Assembly: GCA_052055015.1 (NCBI GenBank)
Contig: JBQJIT010000041.1
DNA: 44,431 nucleotides
DNA from: Malassezia furfur
Taxonomy: Eukaryota
Reading direction: 5' to 3' (one strand)
A model generated the notes under the pieces. The model searched no databases and was not told the DNA's origin. It saw only the letters and a list, made by a program, of their open reading frames with translations. Position numbers and translations under genes: made by a program. Below are positions 1-10,221 of this stretch, piece by piece (the stretch's first letter is position 1; each line of letters begins with the position of its first letter).

Positions 1-155
1 GCGTCGGTGCCCGACGCCACGTCGGCGAGCGGTGCAGGCGGCGTGGACGCAGGCACGCTACGCCCGCCACGCCCACGCCCACGCCCACGCCCGCGGCCAT
101 GTCCACGACCCGATGCACCGCTTCCTCGCGCGCCTCGTGCGCCGTCGGTGCCCAT
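1..155 (-). CDS. 5' end of a gene running off the window; RG-rich N-terminus (MGTDGARGARGSGASGRGHGRGRGRGRGRGGRSVPASTPPAPLADVASGTD...), product unknown
   Basis: ATG at 155 on the minus strand, open to the window edge. The (CACGCC)n hexamer repeat at about 68-91 encodes the GR repeats. Lies 33 bp downstream of the TTI2 stop. Confidence 0.5.
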   Translation of the reverse strand, partial: MGTDGARGARGSGASGRGHGRGRGRGRGRGGRSVPASTPPAPLADVASGTD

Positions 156-188
156 GGGAGGAGGGACTATGGTATCTAGCGAAGGCCA

Positions 189-1736
189 TCACGTGGCCAC
201 CAGCGGACGGACCGCGGCCCAGCGGTGGAGGGCGTCCCAGGTCTGGGGGTGAGCGAGCGGAGGGCCACGTACCTCGTCGAGCGCAGGGTCCAGCGTGCGC
301 AGCGTCGCACACAGCGTACGGAGCTCATGAAGAAGGCAAGCGATCGTGTCAAGCGCATCACCGTCGCCACGCACGTCCAGCGAGGTGAGGCTGACGTAGC
401 ACTGCGCCGATGCACAGACCACCTCGTTCGCGTACGTGTGTAGGCCCGGCAGCCGCGCCGGGATCGCGAGTCCGGGCGGTGCGGGTGGCACAGCATCCAC
501 CTCAGCGGCGAGCGCGACCATCGCCTGGACGCCGCGCAGCGTCTGCAGCACGCTGGCGAGCAGCACGTGCGCCGCCTCGGCCCAGTCGTGTGCCACGCCC
601 GAGACCGGCGCCTCGCCCCCGACCGCGTCCTGCTGGGTGATTTCGTTGACGACGCTGGTCATAGACCGCCGTGGCGCTGTATCGAGCGATGCGGTCGCCT
701 CGAATGCGTGCGCAATCCACCCGGCGGCCCAGTCGAGGAACGCGTTCCAGAACTGGAGCGCGGGGGTGCCCAGCACGGGGCACAGCACGCAGGCCCATGC
801 ACACGCGACGCCCGCGAGCGCATGATGCAGACGTGCCGAGCCCAGCGCGGCGCCAGGCGGCGCACGGAGTGCCGGTGCGGACGCCGAGGGCGGCGCACAG
901 TACGAGAGCGCTGCGAGGACGCCATCGGAAAAGAGGCGCATGTACGCCTCAAATGCCTCGGGTGTTGCATCCACGGCGGGGTGCAGCGCACGTACGAGTC
1001 CGTAGCGTGTCTGGAGTGTGGCGCTGAGCAGCACCGCACCCATTTCAGCGTCCGAGAGATGGTGCATAGCGCCGTGGAGTGCATCGTCGAGCAGCTCGGC
1101 CAGGCCCGTGCGGCGCAGCAGCTCGGTAGGGACACGCGCGTGTGCCTCGGGCAGAAGCATCTCGCCCGCTACGCATGCGCCGAGCAGCTTGGGGTAGGCG
1201 CCCGGCGCGTCGAGCAGCACCATGATCGGCGGCACGACCAAGGGCCAGACACGCTCCCAGGCGTCCGGCGCCCCGCGCGCAAGCGTATGTACGCACCACG
1301 CAAGCACGTTGGATGCGCCTGACCCGTCATCCCACACGGGCTTCTCGTCCTCCCACACGAGTGGGCGCGCGCCATGCGCCGCGCGACCCGACGCCTGCAC
1401 GCGGCTATGCTGAGCGGCCTGTGCAAAGAGCGGGCGCAAGTAGGCCTCCAGAACGTGTGTCACGACGGCCTCAATGCGTGGGTCGGCAGCGACTTCGGCG
1501 AGGAAGGCTGGGTTAGTGGCGCACGTACCGCGCGCATCGGCGGTCGCCGTCGGTGCGCACCGGACGGACGAGGTGCCGGGTGCGAGCATGGCGTCGGTGG
1601 GCAGCGCGTGTGTGGCGATGTCGGTCGCAGGCACACAGCGCGCCGCCTCTGTGGCCGCATTTGCAAGTGACTCGACGCTGGCGGTGCTGGGCCCCGCGGC
1701 GCGCACCGCCGCCCAGGCCGGCGACGCTTCGTGCAT
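189..1736 (-). CDS. TTI2: Tti2-like protein (TTT co-chaperone complex, ARM/HEAT-like); probable 30-nt intron at 243-272
   Basis: Motifs WPLVVPPIMVLLD...K..G and LLRRTGL..L.DAL resemble fungal Tti2. First ATG at 1736. In-frame GTACGT...CTCAC..CAG intron near the 3' end. Confidence 0.65.
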   Translation of the reverse strand: MHEASPAWAAVRAAGPSTASVESLANAATEAARCVPATDIATHALPTDAMLAPGTSSVRCAPTATADARGTCATNPAFLAEVAADPRIEAVVTHVLEAYLRPLFAQAAQHSRVQASGRAAHGARPLVWEDEKPVWDDGSGASNVLAWCVHTLARGAPDAWERVWPLVVPPIMVLLDAPGAYPKLLGACVAGEMLLPEAHARVPTELLRRTGLAELLDDALHGAMHHLSDAEMGAVLLSATLQTRYGLVRALHPAVDATPEAFEAYMRLFSDGVLAALSYCAPPSASAPALRAPPGAALGSARLHHALAGVACAWACVLCPVLGTPALQFWNAFLDWAAGWIAHAFEATASLDTAPRRSMTSVVNEITQQDAVGGEAPVSGVAHDWAEAAHVLLASVLQTLRGVQAMVALAAEVDAVPPAPPGLAIPARLPGLHTYANEVVCASAQCYVSLTSLDVRGDGDALDTIACLLHELRTLCATLRTLDPALDEVRGPPLAHPQTWDALHRWAAVRPLVAT

Positions 1737-1765
1737 CGTCGCGGCTTCCACCTCCACTTAGCGCC

Positions 1766-3256
1766 ATGGACGCCGAGGCGGCGCCGGCGCCGCTCGTCGT
1801 CAAGGTGATGCGCATGTCGGCGCCCGTGCTCGCGACGCACGCCGTCCCCGTGTTTGAGACGGCGCGCGAGTCGGGCGCTGCTGTGCCTGCCGCATCCTCC
1901 GTCGAGCCATACGATACGGCGAATTGGGACGCCGTGCTCGAGAGCTATGCGCGGGGCAGCGACGCGCCGCTGGTGCACGCCGCGCCAACGCTGCGCGACG
2001 TGCCGTACACGGGACATTTGGTGCTCCCTTCTTCTTTCGGGGTCGTGGGTACGTGACGTGAGTGACACAGCCGCCGGCGAGGTGTTCAGTGTGCTGGTGA
2101 CCGTCGTGAACGAGTCTGACCGCCGCGTGGACGGCGTGCATCTGCAGGTCGATATCCAGCGCGGCAGCACAGAAACGGTGCCTGTGCGAGAGTGGACGCT
2201 CGCGCATGCACCTGCTGGTGAAGCCGGCGCGCCGCTCGCCGTGCGTGCGCTCGAGCCCCGCGCGCGGCTCTCGGCGGTGGTGCGGCACGAGATCGACCTC
2301 ATGGCACCGCACGCGGTCGTATGCCGCGTGCGCTATGACCGTACAGACGGTGCGCCAGAGCACTGGATGACCAAGTACGTGCATGGCGCTCACGCAGGGT
2401 ATACAAGTTTGCGGTGCATCCGCCGCCGCTCGCGCTGCATGCAACCGCGCACGGCAATCGTGCGGGGACGATGGACGTGTCACCCGCGGTCCGGGAGCGC
2501 GCATATGTCCAGGTGCAGGCACACAACGTCAGCGCACGCCCCGTTGCCGTGGAGGACGTGGACGTCGTCTCGGACGCGTGGGACGTCGCACTTCTCGATG
2601 CGCCCGACGCCACGAGCACCGCACGGCACCTGCACCCCAAGGACGTGCGGCAGTGGCTGCTCGCGCTCACGCCGCGTGACCCCGCGGCACTCGAGGCCGC
2701 AACCTTGGAGCAGCTCGGCGCTGCGCCGCCCGAGAAGGCGTTGGTCGGCGTCATGCACCCGCTTGGCACGGTGCAGGTGCGCTGGCGCGTGCCGCACGGC
2801 AGCGCCGGCACCGCACGCCTTGGCCCCATTGCGCGCGTGATCAACGTGCCCAATGCCGTGGCGCTCGGTGACGCGCGCCTCGATGCGCGCCTCGCCGTGC
2901 GCGTCACGCTTGAGAAACCGGCACACGTCGAGGCGCTGGTGCCGTGCACCTGCACGGTGCGTGTGTCGCTCGTGGACGTGCATGCGCGCGATGCAGCGCC
3001 GCCTGCGTGCCGCCTCGCGCTCGAGCCTGTCGCGGGCACATGGACCGAGGTGTCGCTGCTGGGCCCCGCGGCGATCCCCGTGGCGCTCGACGAGGCGGTA
3101 CCGGTGCCGCTTGTGCCGCTACGTGGGGGCGTCGTGCGTGGGGGCGGAATGGTGCTTCGTCTGTATGAATATGCACAGGCTATCGACATGGACCCCCCGC
3201 GTGTGCTGCGCGAGTGGCCGTGCTTTGTGGAGCTGGTGGCGCACGAGGCGCCCTGA
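1766..3256 (+). CDS. TRAPPC13/Trs65-like (DUF974) trafficking protein; introns 2049-2070 (22 nt) and 2375-2397 (23 nt)
   Basis: After splicing the protein reads LVVKVMRMSAP, LVLPSSFGVVAAGEVF and KVYKFAVHPPPL, matching the TRAPPC13 pattern. The two introns join three ORF-track frames exactly. Confidence 0.75.
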
Positions 3257-3260
3257 GGGC

Positions 3261-3920
3261 TCAGGCGGCCTTCGCCTTGGCGCGCTCCTGCTGGGCCTGC
3301 TGCTGCCGGAACTCGGCAATCTTCTTGCCCGCGGCATTCTTGAGCCAATGCTGAAGCTCCGGGCGATACCCAAAGAAGAAGAGCACCTCGAGGAAGACGA
3401 ACAGCGGCGCGAGAACCACGGCGCCGAGCAGATTGTCGAGCAGCGCTGGCGCGCGGCCCTCGTGCACGCCGTGGCCGTAGAACTGCGCGACCCAGCTAGC
3501 AAGGAACACGGAGAGCGCGATGGTCTGTGCGTGCGGGTGGTGCTCGGCGAGGTGCCACGCAGCGCAGTAGTAGGCAGTCCATAGCGGCGAGATGAGCGCC
3601 GCCGCCGGCACGTCGAGCACCGCATAGTACGTAAGGTACACGAGCGACAGCACCGACGCTGCATTCACGTGCTCGTACGCGGCATGCGGCAGGTGTGCGT
3701 ACAGGAACACGTCGGCCTGCAGGAGCGGCGACTGCAACGCCGCAGGCAGGTGCTTGATGGTGTGCACGCCGACCCCGGACGTGACTAGCAGTGCCAGCAG
3801 CGTCATCCAGATCAGCGGCACGCACACAATGTGGATGAGCACGTTGACATGGTTCGAGTGGTAGGCGCCATAGAACGCGAGCTGGTCGCGCAAACTCAGC
3901 GGGTTCGCAGAGAGACCCAT
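3261..3920 (-). CDS. MPO1: Mpo1/DUF962 membrane protein (2-hydroxy fatty acid dioxygenase)
   Basis: QLAFYGAYHSNHVNVLIHIVCVPLI and QFYGHGVHEGRAPALLDNL motifs. ATG at 3920. Confidence 0.9.
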   Translation of the reverse strand: MGLSANPLSLRDQLAFYGAYHSNHVNVLIHIVCVPLIWMTLLALLVTSGVGVHTIKHLPAALQSPLLQADVFLYAHLPHAAYEHVNAASVLSLVYLTYYAVLDVPAAALISPLWTAYYCAAWHLAEHHPHAQTIALSVFLASWVAQFYGHGVHEGRAPALLDNLLGAVVLAPLFVFLEVLFFFGYRPELQHWLKNAAGKKIAEFRQQQAQQERAKAKAA

Positions 3921-4011
3921 CGTAGTGGCACGCACGGCCCTGGAGTATGGGGTAGCTCGCATTACTAACACGCCCCCGGCGGCGGCGGGCGGCGTTGGGG
4001 AATTAACGGCT

Positions 4012-4789
4012 CTACGGAACGCTCGGTGCACCCAGGCCGTGCTTCCGGGCCAGGGCCGAGAGACGGTTATGCTCCGCGATGTCCTCCTGCTCCCAGGGGA
4101 AATCGATCCACACGGGCGGCGTCGTTTCCGCGGCGTAGTAGTACACGCCCGTGCTCACGCCGTCGACGATCTTGTCATCCGCGGGCGATGCAATGATCGG
4201 CAGCTCCGCACGCTTCGGGCCCAGCTTGTTGTGCACCACGAAGATAGCAAAGCGCGTCGGAGGCACCGACGCACGCTCCTCAGGCGACATCGACGCAAGC
4301 GACTCCTTAACGTCCTTCAGTAGCTCGTTGTACGCGTAGCTAGGGTCAGTCACGTCCATATACGTACTGGAGCGTCGTGCGCGAATCGTCCACCTCATCC
4401 ACGATCAGCACATTTTTGCCCAGCAGTCCGCCTGCGTCCTTCTTGATTTTGTCGGGCGACCCGTGGCTGCCAGAGTCAAGCCACTGCGTGCGCACAACCT
4501 CCTTGCCGATGACCTCCTCGGACACACCAGCGACCTCCTCGTACAAGCTCAGACCAATCGCCTGGATGGGAATGTTGCGTTTCTTGTTCGGGTCCGCCTG
4601 GTCCTGCGTCTTGAGGAAAGTACGCAGCACACGGGCCGGGAAGAAACCACCACCGCCAATAGCGACCATTAGGTCGGGGTGGAACTCATCCCGGATCTTG
4701 TTCGCAATATCCCGGATGAGCTCGTGGATGTCCTCGTACGTAGGACGCCAGTGGTCATCGGGGAGTCCGACAGATTTTGGGTCAACCAT
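4012..4789 (-). CDS. HPT1: Fungal hypoxanthine-guanine/xanthine phosphoribosyltransferase; intron 4340-4367 (28 nt)
   Basis: AIGGGGFFPARVLRTFLK, PRPP loop VLIVDEVDDSRTTLHYA (restored by splicing) and WIDFPWE. Confidence 0.9.
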
Positions 4790-5370
4790 ATCGCGAGCTT
4801 GTAGGAAATCGTCACAACGACCGAAGTCAAAAAAAAGAATTATGCCAAAATTGCGGATTTCAGATAAGCACGCGCAGCGATGCCAGGCTAGCGAGTTGGA
4901 TTCGTAGACATAAGCGAGGAAGGGGGATGTGTCACCCGAGGTAGCAGGTCCTCACTTTAGCCCAACTCGCCGGGGCCGAGCGACCGTCAAAACAAAATGG
5001 CAGGACGCGCCTACCATACTATAGGCCTACGTCAGGGGCGGGCGCCGGTAAGAACCCATACGCTCCAGACTGAGGAATTCTGGCTTGCCCCCTCGGGACC
5101 GCCTTTTACGATGCCATGTGCCCTCCGATGCGCAGCACTGGTGTTCCGCAATGAAGCGAGGCTTCTATGGACGGCTCCGACCTGTGCGGCCGGTTTGGCG
5201 CGAGCGCACCGTGCGGCCTTTTCTGCGTGTCCTTGGGGCGCGCCCTGGACAGGTGGAGGCGCGCATGGGATTTACGCAGCACAGGTTAGGCACGGGGACG
5301 AGGGAGAATCTGCCCCGAAAGTGCACAACTCCCTCAACGACGGCCAGCCGTTGCTACCTTACCACTGGCA

Positions 5371-6668
5371 ATGAGTGCGGTCTTTTTGAACACGCTCCCT
5401 CTGCGGGCCGCGCGCACGGTATGTATTACACAAGAGTACTGACCGCGTGCAGTCCGTGCTCTCGTCGCCCCGCTATGCAGCGCAGGGCCTGCGCAACCTT
5501 CACATTGTCGCTGACACTTCGAAGCCTGCTGGCTCCATTCCCGAGTCGGACACGGAGCCATTCCCGCTGAAGCTGAGCGAGGAGTCGTTCCACGGATACA
5601 AAATTGACCCGCCGACCAATGAGCTGAGTGTGACGAAGAAGGACCTCGTCCACCTTTACAGCCAGATGGTCAAGATGCGCCGTATGGAGGTCGCTGCGGA
5701 CCAGCTGTACAAGCACAAGTACATCCGTGGCTTCTGCCACCTGTCCATTGGTCAGGAGGCCGTGGCGGTCGGTATGGAGTGGGCGATGAAGCCCGACGAC
5801 TACGTGATCACGGCCTATCGCTGCCATACCTTTGCGGTCGAGCGCGGCGGTACCATCACTGGCATGCTTGCCGAGCTGATGGGCCGCGAGGCCGGCATGT
5901 CGAAGGGCAAGGGTGGCTCGATGCACGTCTTCACGCCCAGCTTCATGGGCGGTAACGGTATCGTCGGTGCCCAGGTGCCCCTCGGCGCCGGTCTGGCGTT
6001 CGCGCAGAAGTACAACAAGTCGAACCACGCCACGTTCACGCTGTATGGTGACGGTGCCTCGAACCAGGGCCAGGTGTTTGAGGCGTTCAACATGGCGGCG
6101 CTCTGGAAGCTGCCCAACGTGTTCATCTGCGAGAACAACAAGTACGGTATGGGCACGAGCGCCGAGCGCAGCTCGATGAACACCGAGTTCTACAAGCGTG
6201 GTGACGTGATCCCCGGTATTCAGGTGAACGCCATGGATGTGCTTGCGGTGATGCGCGGCACCCAGTTCGCGCGCGAGTACATCACCTCGGGCAAGGGTCC
6301 CCTGCTCATGGAGCTCGTCACCTACCGCTACGGTGGTCACTCGCTGTCTGACCCTGGTACCACCTACCGCACGCGTGAGGAGATCCAGAAGATGCGGAGC
6401 TCTTCGGACCCGATCCAGGGTCTCAAGACGCACATCCTCGACTGGGGCATCCTCGAGGAGTCGGAGCTGAAGAAGGTCGACAAGGCTGCGAAGGAGACCG
6501 TCGACAAGGCCATCGAGGAGGCCAAGAACAGCCCCGAGCCGAGCATGGACACGCTCTGGGATGACATCTAGTACGTCTATGACAGTGTGCACTAACCGCA
6601 GCATCAAGGGCACTGAACCCGACAAGATGCGTGGCCGCGAGCGCGAGGAGATCCACTATTTCCGTTGA
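5371..6668 (+). CDS. PDA1: Pyruvate dehydrogenase E1 alpha subunit; introns 5419-5452 (34 nt) and 6571-6601 (31 nt)
   Basis: IRGFCHLSIGQEA, GKGGSMH, TPP-binding GDGASNQGQ...ENN and TYRYGGHSLSDPGTTYR. Exon 1 resembles a mitochondrial presequence. Confidence 0.97.
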
Positions 6669-6815
6669 TAGACGGCCCCCGGCGATCGTAGTGACCACGT
6701 GACTAACCCGAGGCTGCGGCCGCGTCGTCGTCGACCATCCTCCGCACGTTCGGCCCGCTTCGCGTGGGAGTCTTGTCGTGAGATCGCGCGTCATCGGTCT
6801 CACTAGCATATTACC

Positions 6816-7190
6816 ATGGCGTCGCTCCACTTCTGTGCCGAGTGCAACAATCTGCTGTACCCCGAGGCGGACCGGACGAACAATGTATTGCTGTATGCAT
6901 GCCGCAACTGCTCGTACCGGACCGAGGCTACTTCGCCCCTTGTGTTTCGGAACGATCTGAAAGACATCTCGAAGGAGCAGCCTGGCGTTGTGGATGAGCT
7001 CATGACTGACCCCACGCTGCGTCGCACACATGACCTGACGTGCCCGCAATGTGGCCACACGGAGGCCGTTTTGTTCCAGGACCAGAGCAAGCGCACGTTC
7101 AACAAGATGATCCTGTTCTATGTGTGCTGCTATTGCAACTTCCTGTTCCAGGACGAGCCCGTGAAGCGGCCGCACGAGGAGACGGACTGA
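6816..7190 (+). CDS. RPB9: RNA polymerase II subunit Rpb9
   Basis: Two zinc ribbons (FCAECNNLLYP...YACRNC and CPQCGHTEAVLFQ...FYVCCYC) plus DPTL. Confidence 0.93.
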   Translation: MASLHFCAECNNLLYPEADRTNNVLLYACRNCSYRTEATSPLVFRNDLKDISKEQPGVVDELMTDPTLRRTHDLTCPQCGHTEAVLFQDQSKRTFNKMILFYVCCYCNFLFQDEPVKRPHEETD

Positions 7191-7708
7191 TGCCGTGCTG
7201 ATCTCTCTGTTTCGCGAACGGTGCTGTTCGCCACTGCATAGCAGGGGACTCCGCGGCCCCACTCGCTCGTTCGAAGCGGTGGTGCGGCCGATGCCAATAA
7301 TTCATGCTGTCGAATGAATCTGCCCATACATTGCATATACCCTCGAATCTATCTCTCAATGTCATGGGTTTTCTTGTGTTTCACATTCTGGACTGTAGGC
7401 ATCTTCCTACTTTTTAACGGAATCTATACGACGAAGACTCCACGCCATGCCCAGACTGCATCCTGAGTCGATGCGCGCCGTGCTAGGCGGGTTCGCGTGC
7501 TTGACCCCGCCGCTGGCCGACGGGTCCACGTTTGCTCGGGTCGGAGTTTCCCGGAGCACGCGAGGGCGTGGAGGCCTACTGGGGTCGCTACGCGGCTTGA
7601 ATGGTTTCCGGCCAATCACGGCTCGCCCAAATCCAATCGCAGGCAGCCGGCAGGGGGGCGCCTCAAAACCGATTACACCCACACACGCTTCCATCGACTC
7701 CAGCAAAA

Positions 7709-8555
7709 ATGTCGATGCGCTCCGTCGTTGGATTGAACAAGCAGCTTCCCAGCCAGGCGTACATGCGCGTGCTGGCTAGCGGTATGCGTGGCTTCCATGC
7801 TGGTATGTCCATTTGCATAGTTGAGAATGGTCAACTAACACCGGTTAGCTCGTCCGGCGGCCGTGGGCGCCTCGAAGCCGCGCGCCTTTGGTGGTGACCG
7901 CATCTACCCCTCCAGTGGCTGTATGTGCTCCATAAGAGCTTTTTTCTGACCTCCAGCGTACATCCAAGGCACGGTGAACGATCCGACGCAATACCCCTCG
8001 CCCGACCGTTACCACGGTTCCTACCACTGGGCGTTTGAGCGTCTGGTCAGCGCGTCGCTTGTGCCGCTCTGCGCGGTTGCTGCTGTGAAGCATGGCATGT
8101 CGGGTGCCGTGGATGGCGGGCTCTCGGTGGCTCTCCTCCTTCACTCTCACATGGGCTTTGAGAATGTGCTTACCGACTACGTCGAGAAGCGCAAGTTCCC
8201 CATCGCTGCCCCCATCACCACCTGGTTCGTCCGGGCGCTGACGGTTGCGACTGGTATTGGTCTCTACGGTACGTCCGACCTGGCTGACCTTGCAGAGTTC
8301 AACACGAGTGCGTATACACATGAGCGCAAGGGAAGACGATGCGGTGCACCACGGCTCGAAATGGCACAGCAACATGCCTGTTCATGTCGGCTGTATGCAC
8401 ACAACGACTTTTCTGGCCGAATGCTGCGAACAAATACTGACACTAGCGTTTCTTGCTGCACGATCCAGACGACATTGGTACGTGGGCGCACATTGCGAGC
8501 ATCCCACTAACACCCAGGCCTCACGGAGCTTGTTGCTAAGCTGTGGACTGCGTAA
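7709..8555 (+). CDS. SDH4: Succinate dehydrogenase membrane anchor CybS; introns 7803-7848, 7921-7956, 8269-8295, 8308-8468, 8478-8517; microexons 8296-8307 (12 nt) and 8469-8477 (9 nt)
   Basis: The spliced product contains IQGTVNDP...HGSYHWAFER, HSHMGFE...DY and ends GLYEFNTNDIGLTELVAKLWTA*. Confidence 0.9.
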
Positions 8556-8777
8556 TGCGCATCTTATGTTTGTAGTGTTGAAATGGATGACTACCGACGA
8601 TAGTGTTGGGCTCGGCACCGATCGGTAGGATCAGCGCGAAGACTTTCGCACGCACACGCGGGCGAACATTGGTACATTGGCTCGTGGCCAATCAAAATCC
8701 ACGGCCGAGACCCGGCCGTGGGCTTGGGAGTCGCCGAGCGCTCACGCACTCTTCGCGCACTCCGTCCTCTTTCGAGA

Positions 8778-10166
8778 ATGGCGACTCTGCCCAAGCCGAG
8801 CTTGTCCAAGACTGGGCAAGTTACCGTTGTGCTCGGTTCGCAATGGGGCGATGAGGGCAAAGGTTCGTTGGCTCGGGCAGGCACCATGCTGACCTACAGG
8901 AAAACTCACCGACATCCTTGCCGGCGAGATGGACATTTGTGCTCGGTGCGCCGGCGGGAACAACGCTGGTCACACCATCGTTGCCAACATCGGCCCCGAC
9001 AATGTGAAGACGAAGTTTGACTTCCACCTTCTCCCGTCGGGTCTGGTGAACCCCCGCTGTGTGGGGTTCATTGGCAGCGGTGTTGTGGTGCATGTGCCGT
9101 CGTTCTTCAGTGAGCTGGATACGCTGGAGAAGAAAGGTACGTCGACGTGTCTGACGCAGGCCTCAAGTGCGATGACCGTCTGTTTGTGTCGGACCGCGCG
9201 CACCTCGTGTTTGACTTCCACCAGGTCGTCGATGGCCTGAAGGAGGTTGAGCTGGGCGGCAGCAGTATCGGTACCACCAAGAAGGGCATTGGTCCCGCGT
9301 ACTCGTCCAAGGCGTCGCGGTCTGGTCTGCGTGTGCACCACTTGTACGACTTCGAGACCTTTGCGCAAAAGTTCCGCAAGCTCGTCGAGGCTCGCTTCAA
9401 GCGCTACGGTAACTTTGAGTACGACACCGAGGGCGAAATTGCTCGTTACCGTGCCTTTGCCGAGCGCCTGCGTCCGTTTGTGGTGGACGGTGTGACGTTC
9501 ATCCACTCGATGCTTGCGTCGAACCGCCGTATCTTGGTCGAGGGTGCGAATGCACTCTTCCTTGACTTGGACTACGGCACCTACCCCTTCGTGACGTCGT
9601 CGTCGACGGGCATCGGTGGTGTGTGCACGGGTCTGGGTATTCCGCCGCAGTGCATCGGCAAGGTGATTGGTGTGATCAAGGCGTACACGTCTCGTGTCGG
9701 TGCCGGTCCCTTCCCCACCGAGCTGAACGACGAGATTATGACGCACCTCCAGGAGGTCGGTGCCGAGTATGGCACGACCACGGGCCGGCGGCGCCGCTGC
9801 GGCTGGCTGGATTTGGTCATGATGCGCTACTCGTGCCTGATCAACGGCTACACCTGCCTGAACCTGACCAAGCTCGACGTCCTCGACGGGCTGAAGGAGA
9901 TCAAGGTCGCGACGAGCTACACGATCAATGGCAAGGAGATTGCGAGCTTCCCCGCGGACCTCACCATGCTGGCCAAGGTCGAGGTGCAGTACAAGACGTT
10001 CCCTGGCTGGGAGACGCCGATCTCGGAGGTCACCGAGTACGAGCAGCTGCCGCAGACGTGCCGCGAGTACGTCGAGTTCATCGAAGACTTTTTGGGCATC
10101 CCGATCGAATGGATTGGCGTGGGCCCGGGTCGCCAGTCGATGCTGCACCGCACCGTCGCGAACTAA
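8778..10166 (+). CDS. ADE12: Adenylosuccinate synthetase; introns 8863-8899 (37 nt) and 9137-9159 (23 nt)
   Basis: [31 protein letters not shown] and [12 protein letters not shown]. Confidence 0.97.
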
Positions 10167-10221
10167 GTAGTGCATACAGAGCTATCCATACATGAGGATC
10201 CTTGTCGTTTTTTCTTATATT

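Noticed and set aside
61..95. (CACGCC)n repeat, possibly telomere-like or a His-Ala repeat
   Set aside because: Only about four units, and best explained as Gly-Arg codons of the minus-strand gene starting at 155.
7191..7708. Longer spacers (also 27280-27728 and 30217-30529) inspected for tRNA, snRNA, TPP riboswitch, LTR/TIR or an AT-rich centromere core
   Set aside because: No cloverleaf, box motifs, terminal repeats or strongly AT-rich tract recognised by eye. An Rfam scan would be needed to exclude them.
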